Part shown: positions 1 through 9,157 of the stretch, one piece after another
How the letters are laid out: each line of letters opens with the position of its first letter
How positions within the stretch are numbered: position 1 is the first letter of the stretch
DNA from: a virus
Strand: one strand, 5' to 3'
DNA: 33,652 bases
Virus record (IMG/VR): IMGVR_UViG_3300000052_000002
Coordinates: 1 to 33,652 of that record
Position numbers and translations under genes: made by a program
The notes under the pieces: generated by a model
The model's database searches: none
Told to the model about the DNA's origin: nothing
Seen by the model: the letters and a program-made list of their open reading frames with translations, nothing else

Positions 1-49
1 ATTCAAGGTACATCCGATTCAATGCCAAAACTTTTGGTGTTGTCCCGGT
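1..49. repeat. 49-bp terminal overlap, identical to 33604..33652 (circular closure or terminal redundancy)
   Basis: Exact string identity of the first and last 49 bases of the window. Confidence 0.95.
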
Positions 50-955
50 AACTGATTGAATATGTGATTGCATGAACATAAATGTTGTATTGGATGGCAA
101 ATTTAATGTTTCGGTTTTTATTGAAACAATTGCATTTGTTAATGAATTCCGTAATTCAAATGTTACTGATGATGAATTTGGTTTAACAAAAATATAAAAA
201 TCATAAATTGTTGTTGAATTTATTGATTCTAATGTATTGCTTTTTGTTGATGTTGTTCCGTTATCTCTCATTATGAACTGCAAAGTTGAATCACTTGAAT
301 CCATACCAATTCCCAATGTATTATTCCATGTTGAAGGATTTGCATTCATTGTTGCATTGTTTGCCGATATGCCAATAAACCAACGATATGTTGAAGAAAA
401 TGCCTGAATAGCAAATCTTGCAAAAAAGAAAAATCCACCCAAATTTGCAGCATTCCCAATCCATGCTGTTGTTTCTGATGATTGGATTCCTGATGCCCCG
501 GTTGCTGTTGATCCGGTTGAAAATGTTGCCCGGTTTAATGCTGTAATTGCTGATGTTGATGTTTTTGCCGGTGTTGCCTGTGCTGCTGCTGTTCCTGAAT
601 TCCTTGCAACAAATGATGTTCCCCAATTTATTGCCAATGTTGTTCCTGTCCCAGGTAACCAAAGATATGTGGTTGAATTAAACAGGGCCGGTTGAAAATC
701 AAAATGCAATGATGATGAATCAATTGATGCAACTAAAAACCGGCCGGCCATTGAATCGGTAAAAACCTTTGTTTTGTTTGCTGATGGTGGTGTTGGAAAT
801 CCATTATCAGTTAAAATAACATCACCCCCCCCGGCCCATGTTCTATCCTCGGATAAATCATAGGTAACCCCACCGATGGTTAAACTCCTGGTTGTTGGTG
901 TTGGATTATTTATCCCCTCTCCTGTTTGTTTTGATATTGGTAAACCTATACTCAT
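1..955 (-). CDS. Virion or tail-fibre-module protein, 321 aa, spanning the genome junction. It is absent from the ORF track because it runs off the window edge.
   Basis: ATG at 955..953 lies 1 nt after the stop of the 845-aa fibre gene. I checked every plus-strand triplet in this frame from 2 to 955 and found no tta, cta or tca. The frame continues at 33603 to TAA at 33595..33593. The product is Ser/Thr/Asn/Gly-rich (MSIGLPISKQTGEG...KVLALNRMYLESNI). Confidence 0.8.
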   Translation of the reverse strand, partial: MSIGLPISKQTGEGINNPTPTTRSLTIGGVTYDLSEDRTWAGGGDVILTDNGFPTPPSANKTKVFTDSMAGRFLVASIDSSSLHFDFQPALFNSTTYLWLPGTGTTLAINWGTSFVARNSGTAAAQATPAKTSTSAITALNRATFSTGSTATGASGIQSSETTAWIGNAANLGGFFFFARFAIQAFSSTYRWFIGISANNATMNANPSTWNNTLGIGMDSSDSTLQFIMRDNGTTSTKSNTLESINSTTIYDFYIFVKPNSSSVTFELRNSLTNAIVSIKTETLNLPSNTTFMFMQSHIQSVTGTTPKVLALNRMYLE

Positions 956-956
956 T

Positions 957-3494
957 TTATGGGTTGGTTAATGTAAATCCATTATTTGCCAATGTGGCCG
1001 GTGCTGTCAATGTGTATGTGTTTAAAACAGAAACATATCCCTGTAATGTTTTAACTCCGGTTCCATTCAAAGTTAAATTTCTGTAAACTTGTTTTGGTGA
1101 AATTGTTGGTGATCCCAAAATATCCTGGTTTCCACTACCATAAATAAATGTATTTAAATTTGTTGATGTATCTAAAATACCGGTGATCATTGGCCTGGTT
1201 GCGTTTAAATACTGCAATAATGGGCTGTTTGTTCCCATCATTAATTTACTTGCAACATTATTTCCATTTATTGTATTGGTAAAATAAAAAGGATTAGTTG
1301 ATGATGTTCCATTAATTGTTAATGTAATTGGCCCAATTAAAATTGGACAATTGAATGTTGGTGGTTGTGCTATTGCTGTTGTAAAATTTAATGATTGATT
1401 ATTTGTTGTAAATGTCCAAATCCCGGTTCCTGTTTTTAATACACTACTATAAATAAACAATCCACTAATTCCATTTCTCAATTCAACTGATGGATTTCCA
1501 CCACTAAAATCAATGCATGCTAAAGGTGTTTGATTAGCAATGCTTAAATTTCCAACAAATAAAACATTTCCGGCCCCTGATTTTGATAATTTAATGCCTT
1601 GATTTATTGCTGATAAATTTGAATTTCCATTTACTATAAAATTGTATGTTGACAATTCAAGATTTCCATTTGTTGTTAATGTCAAATTTCCATTTAATGT
1701 TGTATTTGTTTGTATAGATTTAATTCCTGTTCCGGCAACATTTAAATTTTGAAATGTATTATATAATGAATTTATACTTACTGAATAATTACCTGTAAAT
1801 CCAATTGTATTTCCAATTGTTGTAAAATCAAAAATTCCTGTTGTCATGGATGAACAGGATGTTAATGTATTAAAATTTATTGTTGCTAAATTTAATAATT
1901 TACTTGTGCTTGTTATACCATTTATTGTATCATTTAATGTTAATATTGATGATGTATTGGTTAACGTAATATTATTTGCAATTTCTATTTTACAATTAAA
2001 TATTAATTGTTGTGAACTAAATCCAACATTTATTGATTGATTATTTGTTGTAAATGAAAAAATTCCTGTTCCGGAATTTATAACATTACTATAAACAAAT
2101 GTCTGTATAATTCCACCACGAAATTCAACATTTGGATTTCCACTAAAATCAAATCCTGGTGTTGATGGTTGATTTGGTAATGTTACCAATCCAACAAATA
2201 AAATATTTCCTGATCCTGATTTGGATAATTTATTATTTTGATTTGGACTATTTAATGTGGTTGTTCCTAATACGCTAAAATTAAATGTTGACAATTCTAA
2301 ATTTCCACCTGATTGGATTAACAATGCACCATTCAATGTTGTATTTACTCCTAATGATTTTGTTCCGGTTCCACCTATTGTTAAATTATGGAATGTTGGA
2401 AAATATGATGGGATTGTTGCTGTGTAATTACCTGTGTATCCAATCGTATTTGCATTTGTTGTAAAATCCCAAATTCCGGTTGTCATGGATGAAACAGATG
2501 CCAATGTATTAAAATATAAATTGCCTGTGGCTGCCATCAATAATCTACTTGTGCTATCAATTCCATTTATTGTTTTATTTAAAGTATTTGTTCCAAATGT
2601 GTTTAAAATTGATAATGTAATTCCGGAACCAATTAAAATGTTACAATTATAAATTCCTGTCCCCCAACATCTTAACGTTTGATTGTTTGTTGTAAAACTC
2701 CATGTGCCGGTTCCTGTAATTCCAATTTGTGGTGCTGCTGATGGTTGATTGAAAAATAAGCCATTTCTAAATTCAATATTTGGATTTCCACTAAAATCAA
2801 TCGCATTACCTTGTGAAAAATTTGTAATTGTAACTAATCCATTAAACAATAAATTAGCATTATCAACTAAACAATATAATGTTGCAACATTTGTTGTACC
2901 TATTGATGATTCACCATTTACAATTAAACTATTTGTATTTATATAAAACCCACAATTATTGATTGAAAAAATATTACCAATAACAATATTATGATTTAAA
3001 TATTTTCTTCCATTTGTTGCGAATAAACTAACATATTGTATTGGTAAAATTGTTTGGTCAATAAACCCATTATAATTTATTACAGATGTGTTACTGAATG
3101 TATAGTTTAAAATAAAATTATCATTCCCACCAATATTTAATGTTTGAAATTGTCCAATAATTAATCTACCATAACATTTTATATTTCCAAAAATATTGTT
3201 TTGTTGTGGTGATGAATCTAAAATGTTTAAAACAGATGATATAAAAATATTATTTGCATTAAATCCATTATTCATGCTTACAACATTTCTAATATAAACA
3301 TCATCATTTCTTGTTGGTAATAAACCAACCCGGCCGGATGCTGTTTCCCATGTTGTTCTATCATTCCAACTCCCATCTTTTACAGAATAGAAAATTTCTA
3401 TTTGCTGATTTTTTGGAAATCCACTATTCGCATCCGGTGTAAATTTCGCCGGTGTTATCCCACCATCAAACAAGTTAATTGGAAATCCAAACAT
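957..3494 (-). CDS. Large tail fibre or adhesin-like protein with beta-helix-type repeats (845 aa)
   Basis: N-terminus has GSWNDRTTWE...P..DDVYI. Three ~215-aa repeats follow, each with (I/F)DFSGNP..EFRNG, TGTG(I/T)(W/F)SFTTNNQ and L(T/N)(I/L/V)(G/A/N)GTG(T/I/V)K(S/T)(L/I). These resemble autotransporter or PATR-like passenger repeats. Confidence 0.6.
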   Translation of the reverse strand: MFGFPINLFDGGITPAKFTPDANSGFPKNQQIEIFYSVKDGSWNDRTTWETASGRVGLLPTRNDDVYIRNVVSMNNGFNANNIFISSVLNILDSSPQQNNIFGNIKCYGRLIIGQFQTLNIGGNDNFILNYTFSNTSVINYNGFIDQTILPIQYVSLFATNGRKYLNHNIVIGNIFSINNCGFYINTNSLIVNGESSIGTTNVATLYCLVDNANLLFNGLVTITNFSQGNAIDFSGNPNIEFRNGLFFNQPSAAPQIGITGTGTWSFTTNNQTLRCWGTGIYNCNILIGSGITLSILNTFGTNTLNKTINGIDSTSRLLMAATGNLYFNTLASVSSMTTGIWDFTTNANTIGYTGNYTATIPSYFPTFHNLTIGGTGTKSLGVNTTLNGALLIQSGGNLELSTFNFSVLGTTTLNSPNQNNKLSKSGSGNILFVGLVTLPNQPSTPGFDFSGNPNVEFRGGIIQTFVYSNVINSGTGIFSFTTNNQSINVGFSSQQLIFNCKIEIANNITLTNTSSILTLNDTINGITSTSKLLNLATINFNTLTSCSSMTTGIFDFTTIGNTIGFTGNYSVSINSLYNTFQNLNVAGTGIKSIQTNTTLNGNLTLTTNGNLELSTYNFIVNGNSNLSAINQGIKLSKSGAGNVLFVGNLSIANQTPLACIDFSGGNPSVELRNGISGLFIYSSVLKTGTGIWTFTTNNQSLNFTTAIAQPPTFNCPILIGPITLTINGTSSTNPFYFTNTINGNNVASKLMMGTNSPLLQYLNATRPMITGILDTSTNLNTFIYGSGNQDILGSPTISPKQVYRNLTLNGTGVKTLQGYVSVLNTYTLTAPATLANNGFTLTNP
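960..2801 (-). repeat. Three tandem coding repeats: 2154..2801, 1515..2153 and 960..1514 (period ~640 bp)
   Basis: The repeat-initial motif IDFSGNP / FDFSGNP / IDFSGGNP sits at residues 232, 448 and 661. The ttccactaaaatcaa string recurs near 1500, 2140 and 2790. Confidence 0.8.
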
Positions 3495-3504
3495 ATTTTT
3501 TTAT

Positions 3505-3924
3505 TTAAAAATCCCCACCCCTGGCAACAACATCTGTTGCATCTGCTGCCGATCCATAAACCGATTGCGTAACCTTGATAATCTGCCCAACATTCAAAAT
3601 TAATCCATTGGTAAAGGTAAATGTTGATGTTGCCCCAATGGCAATGTTTGATGCTGTAACTGCGGCCATTGCAATTTCACCAATTAATTTTGGATTCAAT
3701 CCGGCTGTATCGGTTAAAAATATTCTTTCAACCCTGGCTGCTGATGCTGCCGGTGTTACCTGGGAAGATGTAAAGGTGATGAAATCAACCCTGGAACCAT
3801 TGGCCCCGGCTGTGAACAATGTAATCAATGTTCCTGATCCATCCCTGGCTGTGTTGGCTGCTGCAATTGTTGCTGTTGCTGCCTTTGGTACTAATGTAAA
3901 AATGGGTGTTGTATTTGCCGGCAT
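3505..3924 (-). CDS. Hypothetical virion protein (139 aa, Ala/Thr-rich)
   Basis: Tightly packed ORF in the fibre module. The plus-strand ORF 3575..3934 is its shadow. Confidence 0.5.
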   Translation of the reverse strand: MPANTTPIFTLVPKAATATIAAANTARDGSGTLITLFTAGANGSRVDFITFTSSQVTPAASAARVERIFLTDTAGLNPKLIGEIAMAAVTASNIAIGATSTFTFTNGLILNVGQIIKVTQSVYGSAADATDVVARGGDF

Positions 3925-3930
3925 ATTATA

Positions 3931-4233
3931 TTAATTTAAATTTCCTGATTGATCAATTGTTAATGGTGATTCCGGTTCCGGTTGCGTTCTGATAATGGAA
4001 TCAATGTATTCCTGTAATTCCTGATCCGTTGATTGTCTGATGGTAATCAATATTGAATCAAAATCAACGATTCTGTTGATTCTAATTTGTTGAATTCCGA
4101 AAACATTGTTTGCATATGTTGTTTCCAATGAATCAAAAACCCCTTCAATCATTCCTGTTTGTGGGCAATCATAAACAACATTATCTGTTGAATTGATTAT
4201 CATTACATGTCCATCCGGTGCTGTGTATGTCAT
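3931..4233 (-). CDS. Hypothetical protein (100 aa from MTYTAPDG)
   Basis: The internal ATG at 4233 abuts the stop of the upstream gene (4235). The longer track ORF start at 4299 would overlap that gene by 65 nt. Confidence 0.5.
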   Translation of the reverse strand: MTYTAPDGHVMIINSTDNVVYDCPQTGMIEGVFDSLETTYANNVFGIQQIRINRIVDFDSILITIRQSTDQELQEYIDSIIRTQPEPESPLTIDQSGNLN

Positions 4234-4234
4234 A

Positions 4235-5005
4235 TTAAATAAAATTATAAAAATTAAAAATGTTTGATGCTGATGATGATGATCCAAATGCCTGTGCAAT
4301 ACTTTTTGATTCCCATAATTCCGTTACTGCATTGTAAAATAAACCATCATTGTTGGTTGGTGATTGTGCGGAAACATCATGTAATTCCGCCATTTCATAA
4401 CCATTCTGTATGTTTACCTCAATCCTTCCCAATGTTGGATGTGATCGTGTAACAACCCCAATGTAAACCAAATGAATTGGTGCATATGGCTTTGTGGTCT
4501 GCCAGGTGCCGGCTGTGGTTCCCGATAAATACAATTGTTGCCCTTCTGTTAATGCTGATGTATCTAATCCAACTAAATCACCAAACGCAACAACATAACC
4601 ATTTGCATTGTTGCCAATGTTTGCTTGTACAATTCCAAATGTTTGTGCTGATGTTGGATCACCTGTTGCAATGGCTTTTGTTATTGTTGGCACATTCCCG
4701 GATGCACCATTGATATAAATGATCGTTCCTTTGGTTAATGTTGCTCCTGTAACGTTTCGAACTTGTCGCACTAATGTTCCGGCCTGGCCGGCAACCGGAA
4801 ATGTTATCAATGTTCCATCCCCGGCAACATATTGGGTTGTATCTCCGGCCGGAATATTAAATTTTTCATTTACCCCCAACAATGTTTTTAATTGATCCAT
4901 AGTGAATTGGAATGCAATTCCTGTTGTCGGATCACCTATCAAACACAAATCAATTAATGCCGGTGATGTTCGAACGTCTAACTGATTTATTTTTTTATTT
5001 GCCAT
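4235..5005 (-). CDS. Tail fibre or tail-spike-like structural protein (256 aa)
   Basis: The N-terminus MANKKINQLD... is typical of phage fibre anchors. The body is Gly/Thr-rich and beta-like (GQQLYLSGTTAGTW..KPYAPIHLVYIGVV). Confidence 0.5.
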   Translation of the reverse strand: MANKKINQLDVRTSPALIDLCLIGDPTTGIAFQFTMDQLKTLLGVNEKFNIPAGDTTQYVAGDGTLITFPVAGQAGTLVRQVRNVTGATLTKGTIIYINGASGNVPTITKAIATGDPTSAQTFGIVQANIGNNANGYVVAFGDLVGLDTSALTEGQQLYLSGTTAGTWQTTKPYAPIHLVYIGVVTRSHPTLGRIEVNIQNGYEMAELHDVSAQSPTNNDGLFYNAVTELWESKSIAQAFGSSSSASNIFNFYNFI

Positions 5006-5083
5006 TAGTCAAAAATAATTAATTTGTCATTTGAATTGATTAAAAATTTGTCTGTATCATTCCACAAAAGGAAATTCCCGGTT

Positions 5084-6016
5084 TCAACAACTGCCTGGCA
5101 AAGATTCAGACAAATTTAAAATCAAGGTTGCAATTTCAACTTTAAATGAAACTCCGGATGTTAAATCCTGTAATTGATAATCTGAAATTGTAACATCATA
5201 ATTATCATCAATTATCCAACTATGTTGATATCCAACATAATTCAACATTGAAATAACATCCAATGCAATTGAATGCATATCTGATTTAACTTCCCATTCA
5301 TTTTTTAATGCATTATTTGAAATGTCCAACAAATCAAATAAATAAAATGTGAATGTGTATTTTGCCATTCTCTCGGTTATGCTGAAAACTCCCGATGTGT
5401 TCAATTCGCAAAAACAGGCCGGATATGTTACATCATCCCCATCCAAAAACTCATTAAAGGATCCAATATAAAATGTGTTTATTTGCTTATGTGATAATGC
5501 CAGGGTTTTAATCCTGGTGATCACTTGCTTTAATGTTAAATTGGATTTTTGATATTCTGAAAATATCAATGATGTTGGAACCTCACAAAGATTTGCATCA
5601 TATTTTTTGCCAATGGAAATATCAAATGATATTCCCGAAACAAGATCCTGTAATTGATATTCTGTAACTGATGAATTGAAATCATCATTTATTTCCCAAT
5701 CTTTGAAATCCGTATCATAAATTAATGAAATGTAATCCTGGGCAATGGATGACATATCCGAAATTATTTCATACCTATTTTTTAATGAATTGTTGGCAAT
5801 ATCCAACAAATCAAAAAAGTATATTGTGAAATTAAAATTTGCAATTCTATTTTCCAATGAAACATTATGATCAGGCTTTAATTCACAAAAACATGCCGGA
5901 TAAACAACATTTGCATCATCCAAAAATTCATCCGCACCACCAACAAAAAACGTTTTAATTTGTTTTTGTGATAGTGCTAATGTTTCTAACCTGGTGATTA
6001 TTTGCTTTAATGTCAT
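5084..6016 (-). CDS. Tandem-duplicated neck or tail-terminator-like protein (310 aa, two homologous ~155-aa halves)
   Basis: Residues 2-159 and 160-310 align. The shared motifs are TLKQ(I/V)ITR..TLALS.KQI.TF, (V/T)YPACFCEL, F(T/I)(I/F)Y(F/L)FDLLDI(A/S)NN(S/A)LKN and (E/D)YQLQDL(V/T)SG(I/V)SF. Confidence 0.55.
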   Translation of the reverse strand: MTLKQIITRLETLALSQKQIKTFFVGGADEFLDDANVVYPACFCELKPDHNVSLENRIANFNFTIYFFDLLDIANNSLKNRYEIISDMSSIAQDYISLIYDTDFKDWEINDDFNSSVTEYQLQDLVSGISFDISIGKKYDANLCEVPTSLIFSEYQKSNLTLKQVITRIKTLALSHKQINTFYIGSFNEFLDGDDVTYPACFCELNTSGVFSITERMAKYTFTFYLFDLLDISNNALKNEWEVKSDMHSIALDVISMLNYVGYQHSWIIDDNYDVTISDYQLQDLTSGVSFKVEIATLILNLSESLPGSC

Positions 6017-6087
6017 TTTTCTTTGTCTGTTGAATCAAATAAATTTTTAGTTTATTCTCATTCTTTTTTGAAATTGCTTTCGGCATT

Positions 6088-6687
6088 TTAAATAAAATAT
6101 GGATCGTTTGAATTATACCCGGCCGGTGGTCTTTTGTTCAATGAATAATCATCCGGCGGAATTGATGAAACATCCCCCAGGTAAATTGGTGATGAATAAT
6201 CCGTATGATCCGGATAAACAACATCAACCCCGGCCACAAATGTTCTGTATTCCGGGAAATAATTATTTCCATTTTGCACCAAATACATTCTGCATCTTTT
6301 TGCATAATATTCTGCCCTTGATTTATATTTTGCAACAATTGAATACATTTCAGACATGGTTGGTTGTGTTGCGTTATCAACTACCTTTTGAGAAACTCCC
6401 TTATTCCAAAATTGATAATTTAACCCTTCCGGCAATTCTGACATTACATAATTGCAAATACACATTATAATATAATCATCAACCAATGTTTTATAATTCC
6501 CGGTTAATGTGTTGTTATTGATGTCGGTTAATATTTTATTGAACAAAGTTGATCCCAACAATGGCATGATATAAATATCTTGCACCGCCTTAATTTCCGG
6601 ATAAATCAATTTATCATCCACGTTATCATGTATGGACATTCTCTCTTTTAAAACTGATGGTAAAATCAAATATGTTACAACCGCCAT
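6088..6687 (-). CDS. Head-tail connector or adaptor candidate (199 aa)
   Basis: It sits directly after the portal gene. The pattern ...IKAVQDIYIMPLLGSTLFNKI... resembles gp6/gp15-type adaptors. This is from memory only. Confidence 0.35.
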   Translation of the reverse strand: MAVVTYLILPSVLKERMSIHDNVDDKLIYPEIKAVQDIYIMPLLGSTLFNKILTDINNNTLTGNYKTLVDDYIIMCICNYVMSELPEGLNYQFWNKGVSQKVVDNATQPTMSEMYSIVAKYKSRAEYYAKRCRMYLVQNGNNYFPEYRTFVAGVDVVYPDHTDYSSPIYLGDVSSIPPDDYSLNKRPPAGYNSNDPYFI

Positions 6688-6690
6688 TTC

Positions 6691-8724
6691 TTATTTATTT
6701 TTTATTACGATATGTTTTTTCCATTGATGTCTGCAATGCCATTCAATTGTTCCGTTATTGTTCCAAAATCCGCCGGCCCTTTTGAATACTGAATAACCCA
6801 ACCTTTGTGATAATCTCTGAATGTCTGTGATGCTGAACATCCTTTGTTTTGAAATATTTACCATCCGCACGCAAAATGGCCTGGATGTTTTCAGTAATGT
6901 ATCACCTGGCACCTCATCCCTTTTTTCATAGGTGTATGCTGTGATGATTTCAGGTAATTGTTTTTTTGGCAATCTCTCGGTTATCTTTCGGATGGTTTTT
7001 CCTGAAACATTTTCCGCAACAATAATTTTTTCACCAACTAATTTTCCAACAATATCATCAACAACAACCAAATCATATTTCAATGCCTCGGCAATTTGTG
7101 AATTACTCAAATCAGGTTGTGCCTTCAACAATTCCAAAATCTTTGCTTCCCTTTCGGTGTATTCCGCAAATGCCCCATACATGAATGAAAAATTGTTGTC
7201 ATCTTCACCGGTGTATGGTGTTGTTTTCAGGATCGTAAAATTCTCCCTGGGTTCTCCGTAATCCTCAAACATTTCGGCAATAAATTCAAGTTCATCCGTT
7301 TCAAATTGCTGATCATTTGTGTTTGGGTTTTCATCTAATCCCAGGTATTGATTTATTTGATCCGCTGTGAATCCGTATGCGGCCAATTGGATTGATGCCT
7401 GTCCTTTTGATAACTTACCTTGACTAAACAATCTAACAATCCGCATAAGGTTCTGCTGCTGTCTGCCGCTAATGTTAACCAATGTATCATTCCCCATTGC
7501 AATTGGTTCTGTTCCTGTTGGGTTGATTTCATCCATGTACAAATTTGGATCAATACCCAATTTTTCAAGGATCCATTTTTTAGGCAATAACTCCTTGAAT
7601 TGAATTGGATCCAAATCCAATCCCACCGGTTCAACATCCTTCAATTTATATTCTGCATCAACCCCGGCAACATCTGAAAAATATGATACAATTTCTTCAA
7701 TGTGTTTTTGTTTGTGGGTAATGTATGTATTTTTAAAAATCTCAAATGCTGTTTTTAATTCTGATGAATTTCCCAACTTTCCCGGCTCTTGTATCGCAAA
7801 TAAAAGGCCCGATGTTACATTGTGCCCGGTTATTATGTTGGCCGTAATTAATGAATCAATTTGCCCGAAATTCTCTTTGGTTAAATCACTTTGCCCCAAA
7901 TCATCAATGGTTGGCTTTGTTGATGTTGCGTTATTAAATGCAATCAACAATTTTTTACCCTCTGCACCTGTTGCCTGGTTTTCTAATCCCCTGGTGATCC
8001 TGGCCTTTTTTTCTTCCGATGGTTCGCCATTGTAAAAATTGATAAATTTGGATGCGGAAAATCCTGTTTTGGCATTTGTCAATGTGTGCCTGGAAACTTC
8101 AATATCCGATTCAATCCAATTGCATGCCGGAATATATGTTGGCAATGGATATGGATTTTTTCCGCATCTGTATTCTTTATAAAAAAATATTGATGTGGTT
8201 GTTATCCCTGGCCTAAATGCCGGATATTCTTTATCTGCCTTTTGTAAATTATTTTTCCATTCCTTTTTGTAGTAAAAACAGGTGTTGTTTTCATTGGTTC
8301 GCATCCTTTCATATGCAACATGATAGTAATTATACCCACCGGCTAATTTCGGGATACATTGTAAATAAACCCCACCGAAATTTTCGATGTCCAAACACAT
8401 TAATTTAATTAACTGATCCCAGGATTGATTTTCATTTGCCTTCAACAAAAACTGATCACCCAATTCATTATCACTTTTCAATCCATTCCCCAGGATGTAA
8501 ACACATTTTCCTGTAATGATTGCATTGTGTTTTGCACTCTTATTGTATAGCCATAATAAGTAATTTGGATAATCATTACGATCACCAAATGGGATGTAAT
8601 CATAACCCAATTTTTCTTTCATCACAGGTATTGTTGAATCTGCAAATGAATCTGATTTCACTTGCAAGATTTCCCCGGTTGTTGTGTTAACCTGAATATC
8701 CTTTGTATGTTGTTTCCGGTTCAT
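6691..8724 (-). CDS. Portal protein fused to a winged-helix-like insert and a C-terminal MuF/SPP1-gp7-like head-morphogenesis domain (677 aa)
   Basis: The N-terminal ~400 aa are portal-like. Residues ~523-580 (ILELLKAQPDLSNSQIAEALKYD..) look like a wHTH. The C-terminus RPFCVRM...GGFWNNNGTIEWHCRHQW matches the MuF-type C...nCRH motif. Confidence 0.55.
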   Translation of the reverse strand: MNRKQHTKDIQVNTTTGEILQVKSDSFADSTIPVMKEKLGYDYIPFGDRNDYPNYLLWLYNKSAKHNAIITGKCVYILGNGLKSDNELGDQFLLKANENQSWDQLIKLMCLDIENFGGVYLQCIPKLAGGYNYYHVAYERMRTNENNTCFYYKKEWKNNLQKADKEYPAFRPGITTTSIFFYKEYRCGKNPYPLPTYIPACNWIESDIEVSRHTLTNAKTGFSASKFINFYNGEPSEEKKARITRGLENQATGAEGKKLLIAFNNATSTKPTIDDLGQSDLTKENFGQIDSLITANIITGHNVTSGLLFAIQEPGKLGNSSELKTAFEIFKNTYITHKQKHIEEIVSYFSDVAGVDAEYKLKDVEPVGLDLDPIQFKELLPKKWILEKLGIDPNLYMDEINPTGTEPIAMGNDTLVNISGRQQQNLMRIVRLFSQGKLSKGQASIQLAAYGFTADQINQYLGLDENPNTNDQQFETDELEFIAEMFEDYGEPRENFTILKTTPYTGEDDNNFSFMYGAFAEYTEREAKILELLKAQPDLSNSQIAEALKYDLVVVDDIVGKLVGEKIIVAENVSGKTIRKITERLPKKQLPEIITAYTYEKRDEVPGDTLLKTSRPFCVRMVNISKQRMFSITDIQRLSQRLGYSVFKRAGGFWNNNGTIEWHCRHQWKKHIVIKNK

Positions 8725-9091
8725 ATCCGTTTTGTGTTAAATTTGTGGCCGGTAATAAATTCATCTTTCCGCACTCAACCAAATTCAACCCTGTTGGATC
8801 TAAATTTGATGATGATGCCTGTTCGTACACATCATATGAATATTGGCCGGCCTGTGCTGTTGAAAATAGTGTTATGGTGTTGAAATTGTAAATGTTGGCC
8901 CTTTCCGGGAATTCACTTGTATCATATGCGGAATTCACATTTATTTTGATGATCACTTTTGTTGAAACATTGGTAAAAACAAATAAGTAATACGGATTCT
9001 CAATTGTGGTTGATTCCGTTAATGTTACAATTGTTTCTGATTGTGTTCCTTTGGTATAAATGATCATCATTAATTGTATCAATAATTTCAT
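8687..9091 (-). CDS. Hypothetical virion protein (134 aa; the start may be the downstream MM at residues 8-9)
   Basis: ORF between a terminator and the portal gene, overlapping the portal start by 38 nt. Confidence 0.45.
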   Translation of the reverse strand: MKLLIQLMMIIYTKGTQSETIVTLTESTTIENPYYLFVFTNVSTKVIIKINVNSAYDTSEFPERANIYNFNTITLFSTAQAGQYSYDVYEQASSSNLDPTGLNLVECGKMNLLPATNLTQNGYEPETTYKGYSG

Positions 9092-9111
9092 TTTTGTTGA
9101 TTAAAAAAAAA

Positions 9112-9131
9112 GGCCGGATATTATTCCGGCC
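9112..9131 (-). terminator. Rho-independent terminator
   Basis: The minus strand reads GGCCGGA-ATAATA-TCCGGCC followed by T9 (9103..9111). Confidence 0.75.
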
Positions 9132-9157
9132 CTAAATTATAACAACATGAAAAATCT

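Noticed and set aside
321-662. 113-aa minus-strand ORF from the track
   Set aside because: It is out of frame inside the 321-aa junction-spanning gene, and its product is low-complexity (Asn/Ile/Gly/Arg-rich).
1-956. Possible stop-codon reassignment, because the ORF track shows almost no ORF in a coding-looking kilobase
   Set aside because: In the standard code the minus frame from 955 to 1 is fully open. It is missing from the track only because it has no in-window stop (it wraps across the junction). All other genes are contiguous under the standard code.
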